A stretch of DNA of 64,000 nucleotides, from the NCBI RefSeq assembly GCF_032191835.1, contig NC_083236.1:26288001-26352000 (forward strand), read 5' to 3'. Source of the stretch: Heteronotia binoei (Eukaryota). Positions 36,917 to 46,336 of this stretch are shown piece after piece. Both the position numbers and the translations under genes were made by a program. Each line of letters starts with the position of its first letter. Within the stretch, counting starts at the first letter, position 1. Under the pieces are notes generated by a model. The model was not told where the DNA came from, ran no database searches, and was given only the letters and a program-made list of their open reading frames with translations.

Positions 36917-37417
36917 CTAAGCAGTTATTGAGCATCCCAGAAGATGAAGGAGGAGGCTTACAGCTATGAGTCCCTGCGGCTGACCCTTCTTTGCAGTGGA
37001 AATGGGGAGCAGCTCCCCATTGTAATAATCATAGTAGATTGGCTCAGACCTGCCCTGTGACTTAGCTGAACCATTTAAAAATAATTCTGTGCTCCCCTGT
37101 TGTAACTCTGCATCAGCACTGAGAGGAAGATCTTCTGAAGCGTCTGAGAAGTTAAGGACTCTGCTGGCTAGAATGGGTTCTGGTGCCCCTCTGGGCTCCT
37201 CTGTTAGAGTCCAGATGGCTAAATGTCTGCTGCCTAGGGAGGGAGAGATGGGCGCTCTTCCTTTTGCCGTGGTGATCACAATCCAGTCGCTGTAATAGGA
37301 CAGCCTGGTGTAGAGAAACGGCCCATAGCATCTGGCGCCCCCTTCAGTCAGCACTCCTTTCAGCACCCAGTGGCCTGTTTCCTTTGCTTGGCACATGATA
37401 GGGTTGCCGGGGTCCCC
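36917..37417 (-). CDS. PRSS54: PRSS54 last coding exon (501 nt including TAG)
   Basis: GDPGNPIMCQ...WVLKGVL..GG..C.GPFLYTR..YYSDWI, the YYDYYNGE motif and a hydrophobic C-terminus, all as recalled for mammalian inactive serine protease 54. ttcaag| acceptor. Confidence 0.93.
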   Translation of the reverse strand, partial: GDPGNPIMCQAKETGHWVLKGVLTEGGARCYGPFLYTRLSYYSDWIVITTAKGRAPISPSLGSRHLAIWTLTEEPRGAPEPILASRVLNFSDASEDLPLSADAELQQGSTELFLNGSAKSQGRSEPIYYDYYNGELLPISTAKKGQPQGLIAVSLLLHLLGCSITA

Positions 37418-37636
37418 CTTGAAGAGAGAAAAGGCAAGCAATCAAACACTCCCAGGAGTCTTCCTTGGCAAGCAGATCATTTAACATTCACATGTGGATT
37501 AGTGAGATTCCTTGATCCAGAATGGTACCCTTCCCCGCCCACCCACCCCCCATTCATTCATCCAGTTTGGAAATTCAAGTACAAAGTCACCAGGTGCATT
37601 TGAGGATACAATCCCAGGATCACCTCTTAAGTTAAC

Positions 37637-37833
37637 CAGCGTTCCCTCTAAGCTGAGATAGAGTGAGCTAGCTCACAGTTTTTTTAGCCTCTGGCTCACA
37701 CATTTTTGTCTTAGCTCAGGAAAAAAAAGGCTCCAGAGCAAACTAATTTATGCAGTAGTTCACAACTTTAATGCCAGTAGCTCACGAAGTAGAATTTTTG
37801 CTCGCAAGACTCTGCAGCTTAGAGGGAGTATTG
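37637..37833. mobile_element. Non-autonomous hAT element (family A)
   Basis: Same sequence and TIRs as 438-631; flanks ctcttaa(gttaa)c / ctcttaac suggest a modified TSD. Confidence 0.85.
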
Positions 37834-37994
37834 CTCTTAACCCTCAACAGACCCTTGATTCACATCCCGCAGTATCTTTTACAGAATGCTCATGTCTTCA
37901 GCATTCAACAATTGCTAGATGCGAATCAATGGCTAGGCCTGCTCCTGCCTTCATTGACAAAAGAAGGCCACCTTGTTAAAGGATGGACTATTTC

Positions 37995-38085
37995 ATAAGA
38001 ACACAAGAGAAGCCATGTTGAATCAGGCCAGTGGCCCATCCAGTCCAGTACTCTGGATCACACAGTGGCCAGAACTCGAGCTTTC
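37995..38085 (-). mobile_element. CR1 3' terminal fragment
   Basis: cataagaacacaagagaagccatgttgaatcaggcc...ccagtccag is the reverse complement of the end at 16590-16625. Confidence 0.7.
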
Positions 38086-38248
38086 AAGGCAATGGACTGT
38101 TCCACAGTCACTTAAATAGAACTAGTTTGCAGAAGTAGAAAAATGTCATCTTTGAATGCATTTTTAACACTGTTTTTTAAAAGACTATGGTTAAAATATA
38201 TCCTGAGGACTAAGGACACTCCACTGGTTGTTCCCTCGGCTTCCTTAC

Positions 38249-38364
38249 CAGGCATCCAGCTGCGTTGTCACCCTCCCTGTGGCTGGAACACTCTGTGCTC
38301 ATGGTTCGTTGCAGAGGACAAGGGTCAACGTCATCCATGGAGAGCTTCCTTAGAGAGCCCCTTC
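38249..38364 (-). CDS. PRSS54: PRSS54 penultimate exon (116 nt using the frame-preserving acceptor)
   Basis: [39 protein letters not shown]; CTG|gtaag donor. Tandem acceptors cag|acag|; only the downstream one (exon start 38364) keeps frame. Confidence 0.8.
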
Positions 38365-38540
38365 CTGTCTGGACCAAGAGAGCAATGTGTGAGAGGGAGT
38401 GCTTGTTCCAGATTGACAAGTGAACACAGCACACATTTCATGGTGCAACCAAGAGCCAGTTAAAGGCCACTGGTTATGCTAAAAGCTGCCCTTTCAGTTG
38501 CAGGCTCAGAGGGGAGTGGCTCACACCAGTACCTGCCAGT

Positions 38541-38635
38541 AGAAAAGAGCAGGAGTCCAGTGGTACCTTAAAAAGACTAACAACATTTGTGGTAGGGATG
38601 AGCTTTCATGAGTCACTGCTCACTTCTTCAGATAC
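38541..38635 (-). mobile_element. Penelope-like terminal repeat carrying a hammerhead-like core
   Basis: agtagaaaagagcaggagtccagtggtaccttaaaaagactaacaacatttgtggtagggatgagctttcatgagtcactgctcacttcttcagatac. Confidence 0.75.
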
Positions 38636-38956
38636 AGAAAGACTTTGGTAAAATGCATGGTTTTACGAGACTCCTGGATTTGCTTCTGAGAGAAAGTGTC
38701 CCACACCACAAGCTTAAATCAGATAAATGGTCATCTGGTTCTGTGAGAGGGCAAATGGGGCACCTGCTGTTTAGAGGGAGCTTGTAAAGCAGGAATCAGC
38801 ATTGTGTTGCATTTCGGCCTGTATTGGCTATAAAGGTAAAAAATGGGCATAATGTGAAATAGAACCCTCTAGGCAGGATAAAATGTAATAGAGAATGGTG
38901 TAAATAGTTATCCCCTTGAACTCCTAGGCTGTGCCAGCAAAGAGCAAGTTGCTCAC

Positions 38957-39207
38957 CTGAGTGAGGATTCAGCCATCCGGCCACTACACAGTTCATCAGG
39001 GCACTTGCAGGGAAATCTTGGTGGAGGAAGCAGATGGGCTGGATGGTCTCGCTGAACTCCAGCGAGTTGGCTGTCTTCAAAAGAACAATGTTGTGGGCGA
39101 GAGTGATTTCATCAAAGTCCTTGTGGAAGAAGACGGTGCTGATAGGGAAAGTGATGCTTTTGTCACTCTTCAGATCTGTGACATCTGCCATAGCAAAGAT
39201 CTGGCTC
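38957..39207 (-). CDS. PRSS54: PRSS54 middle exon (251 nt)
   Basis: SQIFAMAD...FPISTVFFHKDFDEITLAHNIVLLKTANSLEFSETIQPICF...NCVVAGWLNPHS. ctcacag| acceptor, CAG|gtgag donor (phase 1). Confidence 0.92.
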
Positions 39208-40469
39208 CTGTGAGAGTAACATTTTTTAAAAGCATGGTTAGCCAAAGGCTTTGCTCCTGGGCCGTCATCCCAGAGTATTGCTTTCAACCAACTCTGCCCT
39301 GGATTTCTACTACCCAGAATACCTTTACCGAACGCATATACTGCATGAGAGAGAGAAATTCTGCTTTCCTCACAACAGAAGTGCTGTGATTGGTGATGTG
39401 TCACCTGTTGAGCACCTGTATGCAGAATTGTGAGAGGGAGAATTAAATGATGTCCAGCGGAGGATGAAATCAAGCAGTTCTCACAATGTGGTTTTTGCAA
39501 GGCAGCGCACACCTTCCCCTTTGCATGCAAAAAAATCCTGCTTGGTAAACTGCTAGTTTGCAGTATAGAATTGGACCTCAGCCACACAGAGGACAAGAAT
39601 CAAGTTGATGGGGAGTCCCCAGAGCAGAAACACATTGTCCTTGTGCAAATATCTCCTTGTCTGTGTAACCAGTTCCCTTTAAAATCAAGTTAAAATATTG
39701 CCTTGGTGTTTAAGGAAAAAACCAGAAAAGATGCTGGAAGATATGTTAACGATTCTCTAAAGTTTATACTGAAATAGCAGTACGTAACCATTATCTTTCC
39801 CTGCACTGTTTCTCAATCTTCCCTGGGATATCTACTTGCCTTCCTGGGGAAAATGTATGGATACCCTGCATATTTCCCTCAGAGGAAAATAGAGAAATAG
39901 CAGAATGGGGCAGGGGTTGCATTATAAACAAAAAACTAACAGACGAAGAATATTAACCTCTCCATTACCAACAGCACACAATGGCGGCCCTTCATCATGC
40001 TAGCCATAGATTGAGCCAATCAACATCTGGGAAGTGCCAAATTACTAGGATGACAGCTTGCTCACATTCACAAAGGACAAGTATACAACTTGGAGCTTCC
40101 TCCCAAAGGCTGTACATGGGAAAGGCCTGAGATCTGCTGCAGATCCTTCAGGCCATGAGCACATTTAATGTACATTAGTACATGAGTAACATGAGCATTC
40201 CTATTAAGAATCTCTGAGAGAGGAAAAGGGGTTTTGCAAGGAAGAGGGGGGGGGGGACAGAGGCTGCAGGGACTCCCCACAAGAACAAATGGACAGGAGG
40301 CGATCTAATGGAATGGGGAATGAGAGAGAGAGAGAGAGACGGGCCAGACTATGTGCCTAGAACCTGTCAAGCCCTGCATTACTTAGGAGGGGGATATCTG
40401 AATGACTGTCTTCTCCCTAGCATTCTGCCTGGGAATTAACATCAGAGGCAGAGGCCCTTCTGACTGTCC

Positions 40470-40760
40470 CATGAATCAAGAAGCTTCTCTTGTGAGCCCA
40501 CATGACAGGGCCTTTTCAATGGCAGCCCCACAGTTGTGGAACAGCCTCTTCAGGGAAGTGCACTAGGTCTCCTGGCTTTTGACCTTCAGGAGGCAGCAGA
40601 AGACAATTTTAGTTGGGACTGTATTTGGCTAATTTAGTTGTTATTTATTGGCAGTTAACTGAGATTTTTACTGCCTTTTTAAATAGCTGTTTTATTTATA
40701 TTGTAAGCCACCTTGAATGCTGCAAGATACAATGGCAATTAAAAAAAAGATAATAAATGC
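40470..40760 (+). mobile_element. L2 LINE 3' end
   Basis: RAFSMAAPQLWNSL motif (agggccttttcaatggcagccccacagttgtggaacagcct), then tgtaagccaccttga and an A-rich tail. Confidence 0.75.
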
Positions 40761-41227
40761 AGCTGTCTAATGGCAAACCCTGTTTTCTGCAAGTCTGGAA
40801 CACAACTATAAATCCGGATGGAAACAGATCAGAAAGCAAGACTTTCACACCACAGAACAACATCCTGACGACCACTGGGACGAATCAGAGGCTGAGCAGG
40901 CAACTTCTGCACACTCTTCAGGGCCTGCAAGATCCCTTCCTGTCCTTCTCACCCCAAGCCATGTGTGGCACTTCAGGGCTTCCCACTCTGTAGCTAAGTA
41001 CTGCAGGGGCTGAGGGGAAAGGCACTCTATAAGTGCTTCAAAGAGAGCTCTGATGCTGCTCCTGCAATCCTCCTCTGCTTTCCCAGGAGCGGCACAAGCT
41101 TATCAGTCCCCAGATTTGCTTCCAGGCAGAGGGTTCCCAAGGCGCAGAAAGCTTCTGTGATGTGCATGAGACAGAGCAATAAGCAAATCTAAATGGCTGG
41201 TAGGTCACTCTCAGAATACTTTGTAAC

Positions 41228-41524
41228 AAGGGTTGCCAACCTCCAGATGGGGCCCAGAGTTATCTCAGAATTCAATTTATGTCCAGATTACAGGGATCAG
41301 CTTCCCTAGAGAAGATTGAAACTTTGTATTCCCCCCCCCCATTTAAAAACAAACTTTAATGCTTACAATTACAACCATGACATGTCCGTACAGTTTACAT
41401 AGACAAGATCAATCTAATGTTGGGGAAACTTTGGAAGGCGGGATCTATGGTCTCATATCCCTACAGTGCCCTCCCCTCCCCAGACACCACCCCAAAATTT
41501 CCCAAGGTGTTGCTGGCAAACCTA
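41228..41524. mobile_element. Non-autonomous DNA element with AGGGTTGCCAAC termini (hAT-like)
   Basis: Ends agggttgccaac / gctggcaaaccta; flanks tttgtaac / tttgtact; related to 44644-44876. Confidence 0.6.
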
Positions 41525-42763
41525 TTTGTACTCCTCAGTTGCATTTCACTTTTCCCTGCCCCCCTCAGTCCATCCAGCCATGCCTCCTTGTGGGTTTTCT
41601 CACATTTTATTTATCAAAGCATCCCCTGGGCAAGTTGCAGGCTCTCAGCTGAAATAGGTTCTTGTGGTGAAGGACCAGCGGCCTCACTTATTTTGTGTGC
41701 CACATTGTGAGAGCAGAATGAGGAGAGGGAGATGGGCAACGTTTCTTTCTGAGCCCAGTTAAAAAATCATCAGGCTCAGCTATAGTCCCAGGTATGTAAT
41801 TGGGAAGAGAATGAGGACCCAGTGCTCCTGACCTGCCCGACTCTCCCTCCAGCAGACAGAGGGAACAGCAGCTTAAAGGCCTCATTGGGGTGTTCTGTGA
41901 GATTGCCCTCCCTTTTGCTTTGTACACCGCAACTGTAGAAAGGCAAGCGCTGGAGGAAACTGGGCAAAATAGTTTTCCAGGGTGTGTGAACCCACAGCAT
42001 GGAGGCAGGTGCCACAGAAGTTATGTGCTGGAGAGAAAACTGAGACCCCTTCCCAACTGCCACAAGTACCAGGTAAATGGAAAGGGGTGTGTGTGGCTGT
42101 GGCAGTGGGAAGTGACAGCACAGGGGTGAGCTTTTCACAAACCAGGCTTGGGGAAGTTCAGGCTTGGTTTTAGGCAGATGTGGTTGAGGAGAGAAAGGAA
42201 ATCACACTTATCACTTGTTATAAGTCCTTCATACTTCAATACCTGGCTACTGCTAACAGTTGTGCCTGTGAGAACTGAGTCAGAAATTATGTGTCAACTG
42301 GGCCACTTTTATTCAACTATATTAAGGGTGGAAAGGAATTCTGGTCGCATTGCAGATTATTCAGGCCCTCCCCTTTTTGTCTAGCTCCTGTACCTGAGAA
42401 AACAGTGTGATTAACTGAGGTGCCTACATCATCGCCCTACATCCCGGCATCTCCATGCTGAAGACCACTTGACCAGTTGTACTGCTGTCTGTCCTGCAAG
42501 TTGGAAAATCACAGGAGCCCTGGGAGGAAGACACAGCTTCTGCAGGGAGGAACGTGTGCTTTCCTGCCGGAGGCTGCTGCTTCTGCCAGCCTTGCTGGTG
42601 GTATGCGTGGCACTGCAGAACTACCCCACTCTGTGAGGTTCAAGGACTGCCTGTAGAGAAACAATGACGTAGGAGCTGCAAGAGGGATTACCCATGGCTG
42701 GGTGCCTGCCAAAAGACACCCCAGCCATGCTCCCCCACCTCTGTTGGGTATGCAGTGACCGAG

Positions 42764-42782
42764 TAGTGCCCCCTGGTGTCTA
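42764..42782 (-). promoter_or_regulatory. CTCF-like motif in a PRSS54 intron
   Basis: Minus strand GACACCAGGGGGCACTA vs CTCF core GCCACCAGGGGGCGCTA. Confidence 0.55.
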
Positions 42783-44332
42783 CATCGGGGGAGTCTCCTG
42801 TAGAAGGACAAAAGAGGTAGGCAGCTGCATTGGTTCACAGCACAATCAAAAAATGGTGCAATTTTTTTAAAAAAATTAAGTCTACTCAAAATAACACAAT
42901 GAGCAAGTTTTTGAGTTCTTCAGAACTATTCATCAGACGGGGTGTTCCAAGACACATGGTGTGGGGGGGGGGAGGGAATAATAGTTTAATTTTTGATTTT
43001 AAGTAATAGTTTCTAATGTTTTTCTTACATTTAATTTTGTAAGCTGCCTTGGGCAGGTTTCTTGGAGAGCCAGCACATTCCCCCACTAGATAAATAGATA
43101 AATCTTTCAGGTCTTGATCTCAAGGCCTATGTAGAAGAGGTTACTTGGACATTCAGACAATGCTTGTCCTTCTGCAGGAAGGAAATGCATTGGGACAATG
43201 TCTCCGCCTGCTATGCGTTCAGTTGCCATGTGCTTTGGTTCTGATCCTTGCAAGGGAAAAAAAAACCCAAGTCAGAATCCAGCCAGCATTAACTGCAAAA
43301 ATATGTGTCCTCTTCAAGGAAGATGTTGCAATAACTCATTTAATAGGAGGGAGAAAGTTGTTAAGTTGTTAATTGAGGGAATAAGTTATTCCCTCAACTG
43401 CAGGGAAGGAGGATGGAGTGGCAGACAACATTTGCCTATGGGTATCTGAGTAGACAGAGAGATTGATTATGTTTGCAAACATCTCTGCTGGCTGGTATGG
43501 GATACTTGTTCCCTGAGGAGCTGAGGTCCCTGGTAGGTGTTTTGGTCCAGTCAGCCCTGAAGAGAAGCATTTATCTTCCCTTCCAACTTTCTTCACATTG
43601 CCTCTTTGTTGTTTGGGCAAACTGCCCTTTTGCTGAATTCCTCACCAATGTGCTCACGGTGCTTTAAAGATCGGGACAGAGTGAATCAGCCCCAGGTAGT
43701 GTGACCCTTGACATATCTATGATCAATATTCCTTTGTTGGGGCTTGTTTCTTGACGGGCAATTTAATTAGGCAAAATCCTGTCTTGCTTAGGGCACAGCT
43801 GGGTGGGTGGCTGGGAAGCCATCAGCCAAGGCTTTCTGTTGATTCTAATTGGGAGTATTTTGACGTCCATCAACTTTCTTGCAGGCATAAAGCACACCAT
43901 CATGGGTGGGACTAACCTCTGGGTAAGCAGAGGACTCGAAAAAAAAATTCTGCTCCTCCCCTGCCATGACTTCAGCTCCAAGGATTAATTAATTAATTGT
44001 CATATGGCAGTGGGCATAGTGTAGCCAGGAGATCTGAAACCCTTGCTACTCTCATGAGCAATATCTCTTTGGTGTCTGCCTATTCTGGTGCAGCATTCTA
44101 CCAGCAGAGCAGTTCAGCTACATTCAGTATAATGCTTTGTGCTGCTAGCAGAGGAGAGTCAGTAGTGATCCTGCCCACATTCAGTTTAGAGTAATCGAAG
44201 GACAGTGTCACACAGTAAGAACTATTGCTAATTACAACTTACTTTCTTCCAGAGGGTACTTAAGGAAACTTGATCACATTGGCAACAGTTCAGCTGAGTT
44301 TGTGTTTTGTTTGCTTAGACTCTTTCACCTAC

Positions 44333-44507
44333 CTGTTCTGGAAACTGGAGGCCACACTGACTATCCAGTACTCGCTCAGGATACATCCGATAGCAATGTG
44401 CTTGTTGTGAAGATCGCGCAGTGAAACCACCCAAGGGAATTCACCTGCAGCTACAAATTCTTGCTTGGAATTTGGAAGGGCTACAATCTGTGAACCACAA
44501 TCTGCAC
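44333..44507 (-). CDS. PRSS54: PRSS54 trypsin-fold exon (175 nt; an alternative in-frame acceptor gives a start at 44501)
   Basis: ADCG...GEFPWVVSLRDLHNKHIAIGCILSEYWIVSVASSFQNR matches the recalled PRSS54 EFPWVVSLQD...GCILSEFWVLSIAS. AG|gtagg donor, phase 2. Confidence 0.92.
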
Positions 44508-44643
44508 CTAGGAGGAGGAATTGCGGTGTTTGAACTGGCTGATCACATCTGACATTATTAATGTGGATTTCCACATATGCTTGGGTTCCCATCTCTGCTA
44601 CCTTCTGTCCCCAATTCTTTTCCAAGGCCTTTGTCTCCATAAT

Positions 44644-44876
44644 TAGGGTTGCCAAGTTGCCAACCTCCAGATGGGGCCTTGAGATCTCCTGGAATTACAA
44701 CTGATATCCAGATGACAGAGATCAGTTCCCCTAGAGAAAATGGCTGCTTTGGAGGTGGACTCTAGGGGGCTATAGCATTATCCCCTGCTGAGGTCTCTCC
44801 CCTCCCCAAACCCTGCCCTTCCCAGGCTTCACCCCCAAATGTCCACAAATTTCCTAACCTGGAGTTGGCAACTGTA
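44644..44876. mobile_element. Non-autonomous DNA element with TAGGGTTGCCAA termini
   Basis: tagggttgccaa...gttggcaactgta; fills about half of the 452-bp PRSS54 intron. No TSD could be resolved. Confidence 0.6.
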
Positions 44877-44959
44877 TCGCCACCTCTCTGCCAATCCCTA
44901 GAGGGCTCTCTTTTGGATGCCCAAAATTCTGCAAGGCCAGCCACAGGTGTTTCACTCAC

Positions 44960-45026
44960 CAGTTAGAGAAGAGGGCAGGATAGACAGGCACAGGAGAAGC
45001 AGGCCTCCTCCCACATGATGATGCCC
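44960..45026 (-). CDS. PRSS54: PRSS54 signal-peptide exon (67 nt); no in-frame ATG as sequenced
   Basis: tttttgacag| acceptor and G|gtgagt donor (phase 1). Frame GHHHVGGGLLLLCLSILPSSLT is hydrophobic and joins the next exon in frame. The ATG at 45016 is out of frame. Confidence 0.65.
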
Positions 45027-45039
45027 CTGTCAAAAAGAG

Positions 45040-45660
45040 GCAAGATACAGTTATTATTATTTATTGATTTAATTTCTGACTCGCTCAGTCCCTGCTTATG
45101 CAGGATTCTAGGTGATATACAACATATATTACATAAAAACAGTGTAATTAAAAATACATGCTACAATAAATTACAAATACACTTAGAAGAATCCAAGATG
45201 GCATAACTATATAATTTCTTCCCATTCTGGACTGCACCGCCACCTCATGGGCTGGGGAAGAGGTGGAATACATAAATCTAGGAAGAAAAGGAGAGAGTGC
45301 CACACGATGGAAACCGTTGCTGCCCTCAACCAAAAGCCTGGCTGAACATCTCTGTCTTACAGGCAGAGATATCGCATTAGATCCCACATGGCCCTGATGG
45401 TATTCAGCAGAGAGTTCGACCAGGTCGGGGCCAGGACCGAGAAGACCCTGGCCCTGGTTGAGGACAGCCAAACATCTTTGGGACTGGGGAACACCAGCAG
45501 ATAGTTATCTGCAGAGTGTGACACTCTCTGGGGACGTACCAGAGGAGGAGGTCCCATAGATACATGGCTCTCAGACCACTCAAGGCCTTAAAGGTCAACA
45601 CCAAAACCTTAAACCTGCCTCGGTACTCCACCAATTGACACAGATGTCCCAGCACTTTTG
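45040..45660 (-). mobile_element. L2 LINE 3' fragment
   Basis: Minus-strand RGRFKVLVLTFKALSGL and RARVFSVLAPTWSNSL motifs; AT-rich tail near 45050. Confidence 0.8.
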
Positions 45661-46101
45661 CCTGTTCTTCTGTCATCGGGCCTGACTAGCCTCCCAGGAA
45701 TGGAGCAACAGGAAGGGAAGCATCTAGGAAGTATCTGCCATTTTCCCAGTGGGCATTTACCTCCACCCTGAAATGCTTTATTTACACGTTATATGGCTAT
45801 ACAGCAACACAAACAGTCTGTCTCCCTTCATATAATATTTCAAACTGTGTTATTTGAAATCCTGGGCATCACTGGAATTTTTCTTACTGGGATTCCTCGT
45901 GGACAAAATGAATAACAGCAGCAGACCACCGCCCATGAAAGACAGCAGGCCATCCACTGCCAATCTTCCCCAATAACACACAGCCACAAGGAAATGTGGT
46001 TGTTCTTGTCAGTATATCCAATCTACAGGCCACAGCTAGGTCTAGATGATCTAAATGACAGCTGAACAAGCTGGCATTGCTCCAGGTTGCATCAGCCAAG
46101 A

Positions 46102-46336
46102 TGATGTAATGGGGTAGTGCTTAGTGACTCAGCACTAAGCTGATTGGATACTGAATTGTATAAATGTGCTATATGCCTGTGCTGAGTGTGGTGTGTGTAT
46201 AGTGGATGTGTTGGCGGAGCACTTTGTCGGTCTGTATAAATATTGTAAATAAACCTTGTATATAGTTATCTTAACAGCAACTGTGTACAGTCTTCCTTCT
46301 GCAAGTCTCGAGAAGACCCCACACTAAGCGCAAACA
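46102..46336 (+). mobile_element. Possible solo LTR
   Basis: TG...CA ends; TGACTCA, ATTGG, TATAAA (46159) and AATAAA (46248) in LTR order. No TSD found. Confidence 0.4.

Noticed and set aside
38796-39596. 266-aa ORF
   Set aside because: Only 38957-39207 is protease-like and bounded by splice sites; the rest is intron read-through.
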